Below, one piece after another: positions 7,958 through 17,967 of a stretch of DNA of 64,000 nt. The position numbers and the translations under genes are program-made. The DNA is from Patescibacteria group bacterium. Lineage in GTDB: Bacteria > Patescibacteriota > Minisyncoccia > Phycocordibacterales > Phycocordibacteraceae. The stretch covers positions 307,026 through 371,025 of the forward strand of contig JAZJYZ010000001.1 of NCBI GenBank assembly GCA_040390125.1, written 5' to 3'. Each line of letters starts with the position of its first letter. Position 1 is the stretch's first letter. The notes under the pieces were generated by a model. That model saw only the letters and a program-made list of their open reading frames with translations. It ran no database searches and was not told the origin of the DNA.

Positions 7958-8317
7958 ATGGATTCATTTAATTCTGCAACAACTAAACCACTCTATCGAG
8001 GCACCCAGATTGTTTGGTACGTTCTTGGTCTCGTAGAAGTATTGTTGCTTTTTCGATTTGTACTAAAGCTACTCGGTGCAAACGTGGGCGCCGGATTTAC
8101 CAGCTTCATCTATGGAGTCACGAATGTTTTGGTGGCACCATTCCTTAGTGTATTTCGCATTATTTACGTTGAAGGAAGTATTTTCGAATGGACTACGCTT
8201 CTTGCGATGCTCGTGTATTGGATTATTGCTATAGGTATTATAAAATTGTTCTTGATGGGTAAAACCGTTTCTACTCCTGAGGCTGCGGTCAAATTAGACC
8301 AACAGGAGAGTAAGTAG
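7958..8317 (+). CDS. YggT-family membrane protein
   Basis: 119 aa. Two TM helices with a LLLFRFVLKLL-type motif typical of YggT. Confidence 0.5.
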   Translation: MDSFNSATTKPLYRGTQIVWYVLGLVEVLLLFRFVLKLLGANVGAGFTSFIYGVTNVLVAPFLSVFRIIYVEGSIFEWTTLLAMLVYWIIAIGIIKLFLMGKTVSTPEAAVKLDQQESK

Positions 8318-8353
8318 TCATTATTATTTAAAGTTTCTTCGCTAAAAACGCTT

Positions 8354-8605
8354 ATGGGAATCATTCTTTGGATTATCTTTGGTGCATTGGTGGGCTGGAT
8401 AGCCTCTCTTATTATGAAAACTGATGGGCAACAGGGTGCGGTGCTTAACATCGTAGTTGGGATTGTAGGGGCTGTCATTGGGGGCTGGCTTGTTAGCTTC
8501 TTTGGGGGGAGCAGTATAACTGGCTTCAATCTGTACAGTTTTGTTGTTGCTCTTCTTGGTGCAGTGGTATTTATTGCTATCGTCAAATTTCTACGACGTG
8601 CGTAA
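8354..8605 (+). CDS. GlsB/YeaQ/YmgE-family stress-response membrane protein
   Basis: 83 aa. [21 protein letters not shown]...[11 protein letters not shown] is a strong match to the transglycosylase-associated-protein family. Confidence 0.8.
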   Translation: MGIILWIIFGALVGWIASLIMKTDGQQGAVLNIVVGIVGAVIGGWLVSFFGGSSITGFNLYSFVVALLGAVVFIAIVKFLRRA

Positions 8606-8733
8606 AGTAGGGTAAGGCCTACAGTCGAAATTCCAGAGTTTAGGTGAGCAGTGACGTTTTGAGATGGGTTCCGTAAGGAGTACCATATCCTAGGGAATAG
8701 GGTTATTACGTTACTACTATTTTTCTTATTTAT

Positions 8734-9147
8734 ATGGACATCACTATTAACTATTTTTCACTTTTTGTTGCAGCGTTTGTTGCCGTAGGCCTTGGTGTAG
8801 TTTGGTATTCGCCGTTTGTGTTTGGCAAGCAGTGGATGGCAGCCTCTGGTGTTTCTCCGGAAAAAATGGAGGAAGGGAAGAAGCGAATGCCACTCGGCAT
8901 TGTTGGTGGATTTATTTGCCAACTTGTTACTGCGTACGTGCTCGTGCATTTTGCTTCTTTGTTTGGCGTCGTAAAAATATCCGAAGCGCTTGCGCTTGCT
9001 TTCTGGGCGTGGCTTGGGTTTAGTGCAGCTACGTCACTCCATGCAGTTTTTTGGGAAGGAAAGCCTGCAGTCTACTGGGCAATAAATGCCGGGTACCAAC
9101 TCGCATCCTTCGGAGCTATGTCTTTGATTCTTATGTTATGGCGCTAG
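8734..9147 (+). CDS. DUF1761-family membrane protein
   Basis: 137 aa. The N-terminus MDITINYFSLFVAAFVAVGLGVVWYSP is typical of DUF1761. Confidence 0.6.
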   Translation: MDITINYFSLFVAAFVAVGLGVVWYSPFVFGKQWMAASGVSPEKMEEGKKRMPLGIVGGFICQLVTAYVLVHFASLFGVVKISEALALAFWAWLGFSAATSLHAVFWEGKPAVYWAINAGYQLASFGAMSLILMLWR

Positions 9148-9187
9148 CTGTCCCTAAGCACCGCATGTACTCTATTTATATATAGAG

Positions 9188-9217
9188 AAATATCCGCAGT
9201 TTTCACTGCGGATATTT
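9188..9217. terminator. Bidirectional terminator hairpin (AAATATCCGCAGT-TTTC-ACTGCGGATATTT)
   Basis: A perfect 13-bp stem sits between the 3' end of the DUF1761 gene (plus strand) and the 3' end of rnpB (minus strand). Confidence 0.75.
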
Positions 9218-9227
9218 CATCTGTGAT

Positions 9228-9575
9228 ACGTTTGCGCCGATAAGCCGAATTCTGTTGCACCGAGTTGGTGCAGACAATCATTTATCTGGGACGTACATTG
9301 CTGTACGACTCGAGCGGCACTCCTTGCTTTCGCAAGGCACGGCCTTGCACTCTGGTACGCATTTAGCCGTTGCACCCCTACCTTACGGCAGGGCTCACCC
9401 TGAATGAAATCATTCAGGGGCCATTGGCTTTCGCCTCCGGCGTTTCTGTTCGCAGCACTCACTCCTCGTATCAAGGAGTGTGCGGGCGTTACCCGCTACC
9501 ATTGTTTCCGCCTTGCGACGGATGAGTGTTCGGACTTTCCTCCCTTTTTAAAGAGCGATTGTCTGGCGCTTTCCG
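9228..9575 (-). ncRNA. rnpB: RNase P RNA, bacterial type A
   Basis: The minus strand carries GGAAAGCGCCAGACAAUCGC (P1/P2; cf. E. coli GAAGCUGACCAGACAGUCGC). It carries GGGAGGAAAGUCCGAAC (the P4 5' strand). It also carries GGUAACGCCCGC, CAAUGGCCC and ACAGAAUUCGGCUUAUCGGCGC (the P4 3' strand plus the 3' end). Confidence 0.85.
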
Positions 9576-9797
9576 CATTGTACAATATTTTTGCTATTAG
9601 TGCAATAAAAAATTGTTTTACTTAAAGATGGCAAGGCGATGCCTCGCCATTCAAGTGCCTTTTTGCTTTTTTAGATTCTTCTAATGGAGGAGTATAGGTT
9701 TTAATCCAAAATCTATAACTCATAACCTAAAAGCTATACGCTAGTTTATGGTACACTTTTCTCATACTTATTTATCATAAAGTTTATATTAGAACGT

Positions 9798-12128
9798 ATG
9801 CAGGATTCTACGAACCATGTCAGTCACACTCCTTCAATACTTGGCAGACTTTCAGGATACATTGTCACCGCTCTTGTGTTGTTATTGCCGATTTTCTTCA
9901 TTCCTAATGCTGCATTTCCGTTTCAGTTCTCGAAAGTCGCACTTGCGCTAGCAGTGGTTGTTGTACTCTGGTTCCTTTTTTCGATACAAACACTTCGAAA
10001 AGGTGTTTTGTCGTTTACGTGGGTCCACTTCATACTGGCACTTTTAATTTTACCGGTTGCCTATTTTGTTGCATCCATTTTTTCTCCCGTTCCGACAGTC
10101 TCTTTCTTTGGCTATCAACTTGATCAGGATACGTTTGGCTTCATGGCTCTTGCCAGCGCTCTTTCAATTGCAACAGTGCTTGCAGTCAGATCAGAAAAAC
10201 AAATTTTTTCGGCATTGTTTGGATTCTTAATTGCAGGATGGGCGGTCTTAGTATTTCAGTCGATTCAGCTCTTTTTCGGAGTTCCTTTATTGCCAGGTTT
10301 GTTTACCTCTTCAGCTGTTAATACCGTTGGTACGTGGAGTGATTTTGCGCTTTTCATAGCGCTTCTCTCATCACTCATTTTGCTCGCACTAGAGGCGTTG
10401 GTACTTTCGGTGCCTGCGCTTATCGTACTTTCAGTTACGCTCGCTCTGTCTTTGTTTGTGCTTGCGATTGCCAACTTTTCTCTCGCTTGGTATCTCCTTG
10501 GTGGTGTGGCGTTCGTGATGCTTCTGCTTACGTTTACACGTAATCGCAGTACGGCATCCGGTAGCACGCTCCGTGCCAGTGGTGTTGCAGCGTGTCTTAC
10601 TCTCGCAGTCGCTGTGTTTTTTGTGTTCTTCGGTTCAGGATTGAGTACGGCTCTCCAAGGCAATTTCAAGGTAGATTCTTTGGAAGTACGACCATCAGTA
10701 CAAGGGACACTCGGTGTTCTGGAACACGTGTATGAGAAGAATGCATTTTTAGGTTCCGGACCAAATACGTTTGCGCAGTCTTGGCTTGTTGCCCGTCAGC
10801 CAGCAATTGTAGCGACGCAGTTTTGGAATGTTGAATTTAACTCAGGATTCGGAGCTATTCCAACTGCGCTGATTACCGGAGGTATTCTTGTGGGTCTTGC
10901 GTGGTTGGTGTTTATCTGCTGGTTTTTGTACACAGCCACTCGAGCACTGCTTACGGTACCTGCTGGGGAAGATAGGTCCTATTTCCTGATAGCCGCAACC
11001 TCTCTTGCTTCAACATTCCTGATCATTGCTCATATATTTTATGTGCCAAGCCAAGGTCTCAGCTTGCTCTTATTCCTCTTCATAGGTCTCTTCGTTGCAT
11101 CTTTGAAAGGAAGTGCGCTTGCTCGTCCAGTACATGTTGTATTTTCGCAGAGTCCACGTCTCGGATTTCTCTCGGTTTTGGTGGTTGCAGTGACGTTGGT
11201 GTTCTCTCTGGTAGCTGCATACGGCACTGGCGCAGTGTACGCAAGTGTTCTACAAGAAGGGCAGACAATTGCTCGCTCGAACGCAGGTGACATCGATGGT
11301 GCGATAGCTTCGGCAGTTTCCGCAGTAACTCTTTCTCCTCAAGATCGTTATTATCGTATGCTTACTTCACTTGCCCTCGCTAAGTTAAATGCACTAGTAG
11401 AGAAGGGTGGCTCTGATAAGGCAACGCAAGATGCGTTCCAGGCAGGCTTGTCGGATGCGGTTACTGCCAGCACTGCAGCCGTGAATGCAAATCCGCTGAG
11501 TTTTTCTAACTGGATGTCACGAGCATCTGTGTATGAGGCAGTCGTTCCGCTTGGTATTGATGGCGCAGAGGATAAGGCGATAGAAGCTCTTGAGGAGGCA
11601 CGGAAACGCAACCCAGGAGGTCCCGAAGTTGATTATCACCTCGCAAGCTTGAAGGCTTTCAAGAAGGACACCGCAGGTGCACGGACCTTTGCGCTTGCAG
11701 CAGTTGCAAAGAAGGCCGATTACACCCCAGCAATTCTGTTGTTGGCACAGCTTTCGCTCAATGAAGGAAAGATTGAAGATGCTATTGCTTCAGTCAAGGC
11801 GGCGATTGTATTTACTCCTCAGGATTCTTCTTTGCTCTATCAACTTGGGCTTTTACAGCTCGAAGCAAAACACTATGAAGATGCCGCCTCCTCGTTTATG
11901 TCTGCGCTCGCCATTACCCCAGACTTTGCGAACGCAACGTTTTTCTTAGGGCAAGCTGATGTGCTCTTGGGTAAAACTGACGCGGCGCTCACTCTATTCA
12001 AAGGCTTGCAAGAAAAGAATCCCGATAACGCACCTCTGCGTCAGGTCATAGATGCACTCGAGAAAGGTGAGAATCCTTTTGAGGGCGGGACCGTTACACC
12101 AGCTGAACAAACTCCAGCCAGCACATAA
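9798..12128 (+). CDS. Polytopic membrane protein, O-antigen-ligase/Wzy_C-like, with C-terminal TPR repeats
   Basis: 776 aa. There are ~10 N-terminal TM helices, and the C-terminal ~250 aa are TPR-like (ALAITPDFANATFFLGQADVLLGK...). This architecture is common in CPR genomes. Confidence 0.5.
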   Translation: MQDSTNHVSHTPSILGRLSGYIVTALVLLLPIFFIPNAAFPFQFSKVALALAVVVVLWFLFSIQTLRKGVLSFTWVHFILALLILPVAYFVASIFSPVPTVSFFGYQLDQDTFGFMALASALSIATVLAVRSEKQIFSALFGFLIAGWAVLVFQSIQLFFGVPLLPGLFTSSAVNTVGTWSDFALFIALLSSLILLALEALVLSVPALIVLSVTLALSLFVLAIANFSLAWYLLGGVAFVMLLLTFTRNRSTASGSTLRASGVAACLTLAVAVFFVFFGSGLSTALQGNFKVDSLEVRPSVQGTLGVLEHVYEKNAFLGSGPNTFAQSWLVARQPAIVATQFWNVEFNSGFGAIPTALITGGILVGLAWLVFICWFLYTATRALLTVPAGEDRSYFLIAATSLASTFLIIAHIFYVPSQGLSLLLFLFIGLFVASLKGSALARPVHVVFSQSPRLGFLSVLVVAVTLVFSLVAAYGTGAVYASVLQEGQTIARSNAGDIDGAIASAVSAVTLSPQDRYYRMLTSLALAKLNALVEKGGSDKATQDAFQAGLSDAVTASTAAVNANPLSFSNWMSRASVYEAVVPLGIDGAEDKAIEALEEARKRNPGGPEVDYHLASLKAFKKDTAGARTFALAAVAKKADYTPAILLLAQLSLNEGKIEDAIASVKAAIVFTPQDSSLLYQLGLLQLEAKHYEDAASSFMSALAITPDFANATFFLGQADVLLGKTDAALTLFKGLQEKNPDNAPLRQVIDALEKGENPFEGGTVTPAEQTPAST

Positions 12129-12152
12129 GTCTGGAAGGGAACGGGTTTATCT

Positions 12153-13799
12153 ATGGTGCGCACTGTCCTCGGGGTGATGACCCGGCCAATTCGAGGCCTT
12201 CATGAAGCAGCGTATGTGCTTGCGGGTTTTTCTATACTCTCGCAGGTATTGGCACTCGTGCGAGATCGGACGTTTGCACATCTTTTTGGTGCAGGCCCCA
12301 CCTTAGATGCATATTTTGCGGCATTCAGGATTCCGGATCTTCTGTTTGCTTTCTTAACGCTTTTTGTTTCGTCCTTTGCTTTGGTGCCGCTTCTCTCAGG
12401 AAAGGATAAAGATGCTCAAGGAGTCATTGTGGGGAATGTTCTGCTTGCGTTTGGTGTAAGTGCGATTGTGGTGTGTGGCATTCTTTTCTTTGCGATGCCT
12501 ACAATCGTACCGTTTCTTTTTCCGGGGTTTCCTCCGGAGACTCTTGCAAGTACGATACTTCTTTCCCGCATCATGCTGGTTCAGCCGGTGCTATTGGGTC
12601 TTTCCTCAATAGCCACATCTGTAGTGCAGGTCCTCAGACAGTTCATCATATTTGCGCTTGCCCCGATTCTTTACAACGTCGGTATTATTGCGGGGGCACT
12701 CTTCCTATATCCGCAGTTCGGCATTACAGGTCTTGCGTGGGGCGTGGCACTTGGTGCGCTTTTGCATGTGTCTGCACAAATTATCCCGATACTCGGGCAC
12801 GCCAGGCACATCGTGCGCCCCTCATGGAATTCACTCCGTGCGTCTATTGTTGAAGTTGCCCTGCCTTCGATGCCCCGTGCGCTTGCACTTTCATCTCAGC
12901 AGGTATTGCTGTTAGTGTTTGCTTCGATTGCATCATTAACCGCAGCGGGTACCGTTTCAACACTTGCTTTTGCGTTTAATTTGCAATCAGTCCCGCTTAC
13001 CATCATTGGTGTTTCTTATGCTGCTGCAATTTTCCCAGCACTCTCCGCATTAATAGCAAAAGGCAATACGGAGCTTTTTATGCGAGAGGTATGGGCAGGC
13101 GTTCGACATATCGTCTTTTGGACATTCCCCGCCATTACGCTCATCATTGTTCTCCGTGCGCATATCGTGCGCATTATTCTTGGCACTGGAGCATTTTCAT
13201 GGGATGACACGAGGCTCACCGCTGCTGTGCTTGCGTGTTTTGCGTTTTCTCTGATCGCACAATCAGTTATACTCATATTTTCTCGGAGTTACTACGCTGC
13301 ACACTCGACCCTTGTTCCTATTGTGGTAAACGTAGGAGGCGCTATTGTTGCAGGTGCGGGTGCCTATATCGCTGTGGTGTGGCTTGCTTCAGCAGAAATG
13401 CCACGATTTTTTATTGAAGATCTCTTTCGGGTAGCAGATGTGCCAGGAACTGCCATCCTCATGATTCCTATTGTCTATTCTCTTGTAATGCTTATGGTTG
13501 CGTGCACTTTCGGCTATCTCTTCGCACGTCGTTTTGGCTTCGAGGCACGGGTGTGGCATACACTCGGCACATCTTTTGCAGCATCAGTGATAGCAGCCAC
13601 GGGTGCATACGGAGTGTTGCAGTTTTCGGCTCCGCTATTGCCGACGACTACATTCTTCGGTATCTTCACTCAAGGACTGAGTGCTGGCATTGTTGGAGGT
13701 CTCTTGTGGCTTCTTGTCCTTTTCGTTCTCAAAAGTCAGGAACTAAAGGAGATACATGGAGCGCTACTCCATTTCTTCAAGAAAGGATTGAAAGCGTAA
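12153..13799 (+). CDS. murJ: Lipid II flippase MurJ (MviN)
   Basis: 548 aa with 14 TM helices. The N-terminus GFSILSQVLALVRDRTFAHLFGAGPTLDAYFAAFRIPDLLF is diagnostic of MurJ. Confidence 0.85.
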   Translation: MVRTVLGVMTRPIRGLHEAAYVLAGFSILSQVLALVRDRTFAHLFGAGPTLDAYFAAFRIPDLLFAFLTLFVSSFALVPLLSGKDKDAQGVIVGNVLLAFGVSAIVVCGILFFAMPTIVPFLFPGFPPETLASTILLSRIMLVQPVLLGLSSIATSVVQVLRQFIIFALAPILYNVGIIAGALFLYPQFGITGLAWGVALGALLHVSAQIIPILGHARHIVRPSWNSLRASIVEVALPSMPRALALSSQQVLLLVFASIASLTAAGTVSTLAFAFNLQSVPLTIIGVSYAAAIFPALSALIAKGNTELFMREVWAGVRHIVFWTFPAITLIIVLRAHIVRIILGTGAFSWDDTRLTAAVLACFAFSLIAQSVILIFSRSYYAAHSTLVPIVVNVGGAIVAGAGAYIAVVWLASAEMPRFFIEDLFRVADVPGTAILMIPIVYSLVMLMVACTFGYLFARRFGFEARVWHTLGTSFAASVIAATGAYGVLQFSAPLLPTTTFFGIFTQGLSAGIVGGLLWLLVLFVLKSQELKEIHGALLHFFKKGLKA

Positions 13800-13845
13800 T
13801 GTCTCACGTTTCTCGCACACACTCTATACTTCAGAGCATTGCTTT

Positions 13846-15735
13846 ATGAAAAACATTCGTAACTTTTCTATCATTGCACATATTGATCATGGTAAAAGCA
13901 CCTTAGCTGATCGCATGCTTGAGGTTACTAATACCGTGCCCCAACGCAAGATGCGTGAGCAGGTTTTGGACCAAATGGATTTGGAGCGAGAACGTGGCAT
14001 TACTATAAAAATGCAACCTGTGAGGATGGAGTACCATCCAGAGCGTAGAGGGCAGAGCGTAGAGGGTAGAGGGGATTCAGACCTCCCTGAAAGCTCAAAG
14101 CTCAAAGCTGAAAGCTCAGATTCAAAATATATTTTGAATCTGATCGACACTCCTGGACATATAGATTTTGCATACGAAGTATCTCGTGCCCTTACTGCCG
14201 TTGAGGGAGTGCTCTTGTTAGTGGATTCGACACAAGGTATTCAGGCGCAAACGTTGGCGACCCTCGCAATGGCACGGGATGCTGGGTGCGTCATCATTCC
14301 TGTGTTGTCGAAAATCGATATGCCGGCGTCCAGAGTGCCAGAAGTTCGCTCTGCCCTTGCACGTCTGCTTGATGTTGATGAGGAACAGGTATTGTCAGTA
14401 TCTGGAAAAACTGGAGAAGGAGTGTCTGAATTGCTCGCCGCTATTGTGGAGCGAATACCGCCTCCGTCTACTTCTTATCAGGCCACAGGTCAGGGCGGGC
14501 GGGCACTTGTATTTGATTTTTCATATTCGGAACATCGAGGGGTTGTAGCGTATGTGCGTGTGACTGATGGTGAAGTTAGGACTAAAGACACAATTTCTTT
14601 CATGGCAGTTGGAAAAAAGATGACTGCTCTTGAGACTGGGTGGTTAGTGCCGGCTGAGTTTCCGATTCCTGCGCTTTCTGCAGGGGATATAGGATATATA
14701 GTGACCGGCATAAAGGAGCCTGGAGTTGCGCTCGTTGGCGATACTATAAAAGCAGGAAACTCCACCTTGCCCGCCTTTGAGGGCTACAGTACCCCTAAGG
14801 CGGTGGTGTGGGCTTCTTTGTACCCTGACAGCCAAGATGGCTTTACGCTTCTAAAGCAGGCACTCTCCAGGCTTAAGCTCTCAGACGCTGCACTTTCATT
14901 TGAGGAGGATGGTTCTTCTATTCTTGGTAAAGGCTTTCGGTGCGGTTTCTTGGGAATGCTTCATATGGAAATCGTGACTGAGCGTCTGACTCGAGAATTT
15001 TCAATTACACCCGTCATCACTACGCCGTCCATTATGTATGAAGTGACAGATACAAAAGGGAAGACAGAACAAATATATACGCCAACACAATTTCCTCCAC
15101 ACGGAATGATCGCATCCGTTCGGGAGCAGTGGGTAAACATATCCATCATCACTCCTCCAACGTATCTCTCACCCATGACACAACTTTTGTATGAGTATGA
15201 GGCGACGATACATTCAGCTGACCTTTTTGGTTTGTCGGGGTATGGAGACGACAGGCTTCTTATTAAAGCTGAAATGCCACTTCGTGAATTGATGCGAGGA
15301 TTTTTCGACCGATTGAAAAGTGTGTCTTCAGGTTTTGCCTCACTCTCCTATGAGTTTGGCGACTTCCGTTCTGCCGATGTTGCAAGGCTCGATATTTTAG
15401 TGGCCGAAGAATTAGTGCCGGCGTTCTCACGTATTGTATCGACGCGTCGAGTTGAAGAGGAGGCACGAGCGTTTGTTGAAAAACTCTCAAACACCCTTCC
15501 ACGTCAGCAATTTGTTTTGAAAATACAAGCGCAAGCCGGAGGACGCATTATTGCCTCACGTTCACTTTCGGCGATACGTAAAGATGTGACGAGTGGTTTG
15601 TATGGAGGCGATGTTTCGAGAAAGAAAAAAGTGCTTGAAAAGCAGAAGAGAGGAAAAGAACGTCGAGGAGGACACGCCAAGGTGCAAATTCCCCCGGAGG
15701 TTTTTCTCAGGATGGTAAAACCGGACTCGAATTAG
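13846..15735 (+). CDS. lepA: Elongation factor 4 (LepA), carrying a repeat-derived in-frame insertion
   Basis: 629 aa. Contains IIAHIDHGKST, DTPGH and the C-terminal LepA domain. An extra ~30 aa (HPERRGQSVEGRGDSDLPESSKLKAESSDSK) lies between beta strands of the G domain. Confidence 0.92.
   Translation: MKNIRNFSIIAHIDHGKSTLADRMLEVTNTVPQRKMREQVLDQMDLERERGITIKMQPVRMEYHPERRGQSVEGRGDSDLPESSKLKAESSDSKYILNLIDTPGHIDFAYEVSRALTAVEGVLLLVDSTQGIQAQTLATLAMARDAGCVIIPVLSKIDMPASRVPEVRSALARLLDVDEEQVLSVSGKTGEGVSELLAAIVERIPPPSTSYQATGQGGRALVFDFSYSEHRGVVAYVRVTDGEVRTKDTISFMAVGKKMTALETGWLVPAEFPIPALSAGDIGYIVTGIKEPGVALVGDTIKAGNSTLPAFEGYSTPKAVVWASLYPDSQDGFTLLKQALSRLKLSDAALSFEEDGSSILGKGFRCGFLGMLHMEIVTERLTREFSITPVITTPSIMYEVTDTKGKTEQIYTPTQFPPHGMIASVREQWVNISIITPPTYLSPMTQLLYEYEATIHSADLFGLSGYGDDRLLIKAEMPLRELMRGFFDRLKSVSSGFASLSYEFGDFRSADVARLDILVAEELVPAFSRIVSTRRVEEEARAFVEKLSNTLPRQQFVLKIQAQAGGRIIASRSLSAIRKDVTSGLYGGDVSRKKKVLEKQKRGKERRGGHAKVQIPPEVFLRMVKPDSN
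14035..14127 (+). repeat. In-frame repeat insertion inside lepA (tandem agagcgtagaggg x2 plus gaaagctcaaagctcaaagctgaaagctca, followed by palindrome gattcaaaatat/atattttgaatc)
   Basis: The DNA in this segment is built of the same AGCT-rich motifs that populate intergenic regions. Its length is a multiple of 3 and it contains no stop codon. Confidence 0.6.
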
Positions 15736-16024
15736 TTTAGAGTTCCTAGTTCCTAGTTTTTCAATCAACTCTGGACTCTAAACTCAGTACTCTGAACTAA
15801 TTTCAGTACTCTGGACTAATTAAAGACTGGGAAATAGAGCAAAATCATGCTCGCAATAACCAAGACCGCCACTACGCTCCACACTATTTGGACCTTCCCT
15901 TTGTGTTTTTTATCGAACAACATAGAGGCAGTATACAATACAGAAGCTTATAGGTTCCAGCTGTCAGGTTCCAGCTTTTAATTTCAAGCTGAAAGCCGGC
16001 AGCTGAAAGCTAGAAGCTCTCTCA

Positions 16025-16399
16025 ATGACTCCCAAACAATGGAAACGACTGTTCGCCCGAATCATACTCTGGGCAGGACTCTCAATAGGAGTCGTACTTC
16101 TGGTGTTTCTTGCACTGGCAACGTGGCGTATATATGGCAAAGAACGTGAAGCTAGTTTTCAGCATAAAGATGCCGTGCAGGCTCTCTCGGAGCTCGGAGA
16201 GCGTAAGGTAGCGTTGACTGAGGATTTAAAAAATCTCGAAACCTCACGTGGCATCGAAGAGGAGGTGCGGAAACGCTACCCCGTGGCAAAACCGGGGGAA
16301 GAAGAGATACGTCTTATTTCTCCAAAGTCAGCTCCAAAAGCAACAAGCACCCCCACTGAAGCTTTTTGGAAAGGGTTTTTTGGTTGGTTTCATTGGTGA
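16025..16399 (+). CDS. Septum formation initiator family protein (FtsB/DivIC-like)
   Basis: 124 aa. N-terminal TM helix and coiled coil. SRGIEEEVRKRYPVAKPGEEEIRL matches the FtsB C-terminal motif. Confidence 0.65.
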   Translation: MTPKQWKRLFARIILWAGLSIGVVLLVFLALATWRIYGKEREASFQHKDAVQALSELGERKVALTEDLKNLETSRGIEEEVRKRYPVAKPGEEEIRLISPKSAPKATSTPTEAFWKGFFGWFHW

Positions 16400-16455
16400 A
16401 AGCGTGTTGAGGTGGAAAGTTGACATAACTTAACAAAATATGTACAATATCAATC

Positions 16456-17859
16456 ATGGCAGAAAGGCATAGACCAACACCGGAAGAAGCTACAGAGCCA
16501 GATCTTGATTTTTCTGTGTTTTTAGAAGAGATGACCGCTCATTTTAGTACCTTTGAGAGCAGGGCAGCCGAAGTTGTTGCATCTCCTGAAGGAGCACCCC
16601 GCCTCAAAGCTGTAGAAGTGACGGCGGGTGAAATAGGTGGGGCAATGGATAAAGTGCAAAGTGGTGCAGGACAAGCCGAGCTTGATTGGGTTCTTGATCC
16701 CGCGAACTTTGCGGAAGCATCAGAGATGCTTCCGGGAGATTATTATTATTTCTTCCCGCACGCAACTGATGTGGGTGATAATCGGAGGGTTCCATATGTG
16801 CGCACTCGTGGCGCCTCGTTTGGAGGGAACTCCCTTCCTCGCTCCGACGAGTGGGGTGAGAATGACCGCATTGTCGTCTTCGATAAAGAAAGAAGTCCTG
16901 CGCAGAGTTCTTCTAAGAAATCATTCCTCTCGGCCGAGCGTGTTCGTCGGATTAAAGATTTTTTCCTAAAAAGAAAAGCAAAAAATGCATCAAAAGTTGA
17001 ATTTAAAGGCATACCACTCTCGCGGAGGAGACTTTTGCAGTTTGTTGCCCTTGGAGCAGCAAGTGCCGTCTCTAGGGATACGCCAGTTTTTTCTGAAAAC
17101 GGCCATTTTGGAGTACCACTAGAAGAGAAGCCTCCTACAGATCCTCACGAGCGAGTTCTTTTTGAGGTAGCTCGGGCTGAACGCCTTCTAAAAGCATCAG
17201 ATCCCCTCGAGATGCTCAAGAGTCCCTATCTGGTAAGTGCACTGTATTACTCGGATGAGTTCATAGCAAAGATCAAAGCAGAGGGAGCTGAGAATTCAGG
17301 GCAGACCATCATAACTACTCTTGCCTCACAAATAACTCCTTTAGTTCGAATGCGTTTTATTACTGCATTGGAAAAGAAAGCAAAGGCATCAGGCCATTCT
17401 TTATACCAACCGATGGTTACACCACTTGATGTCGCTCATCTCGATTATGGGAAAGGGGAAAATCATCCCAATGCCTTAGATATATTTGCTTCTGAAGGAA
17501 CGAAGGTCCGCTCTGTGTACCCTGGCATCGTAATCCTTGCGGAAGATGGGTGGAATAGCAAAGATTCATTCTCCACAAGTTCTTTCAAGGGTGGCAATGC
17601 TGTCATCGTGTTTAGTCCCTACCAGAATAGCTTTCTCCGCTATTGTCATCTTGATACAGTATCTGCGCATGTAGGAAAATTTATAGACGCAGGAACCATT
17701 ATCGGTACTGTAGGTAATACCGGCGAAAATGCATCTCTTCCAGGGCATGGCAAACACCTACACTTAGAAGAAAATCTCGTCTTTTCTGTGCGAGGTGAAA
17801 TGCATCCAAGGGGTGGAAAAGGGCTCCGCATGGACTTTGATGCGATTGAGGGCAAGTAA
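16456..17859 (+). CDS. M23-family (LytM domain) metallopeptidase
   Basis: 467 aa. The C-terminal HPNALD ... YCHLD ... GNTGENASLPGHGKHLHLE matches the HxxxD and HxH zinc-binding motifs of M23 peptidases. Confidence 0.7.
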   Translation: MAERHRPTPEEATEPDLDFSVFLEEMTAHFSTFESRAAEVVASPEGAPRLKAVEVTAGEIGGAMDKVQSGAGQAELDWVLDPANFAEASEMLPGDYYYFFPHATDVGDNRRVPYVRTRGASFGGNSLPRSDEWGENDRIVVFDKERSPAQSSSKKSFLSAERVRRIKDFFLKRKAKNASKVEFKGIPLSRRRLLQFVALGAASAVSRDTPVFSENGHFGVPLEEKPPTDPHERVLFEVARAERLLKASDPLEMLKSPYLVSALYYSDEFIAKIKAEGAENSGQTIITTLASQITPLVRMRFITALEKKAKASGHSLYQPMVTPLDVAHLDYGKGENHPNALDIFASEGTKVRSVYPGIVILAEDGWNSKDSFSTSSFKGGNAVIVFSPYQNSFLRYCHLDTVSAHVGKFIDAGTIIGTVGNTGENASLPGHGKHLHLEENLVFSVRGEMHPRGGKGLRMDFDAIEGK

Positions 17860-17967
17860 GTCTCGTTCATAAGTTATTGTATCTTCACGTTTTTAAGCTC
17901 GCAGAATAGCTTTACTTTTTTGTTTTAGTATTGGACTATTAAGGCTTTCTTACTATAATTTTTTTAT

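Noticed and set aside
9217-9625. ORFs 9217-9474 (minus) and 9404-9625 (plus)
   Set aside because: They lie entirely within the RNase P RNA gene, and their reading frames cross conserved P4 and other helices.
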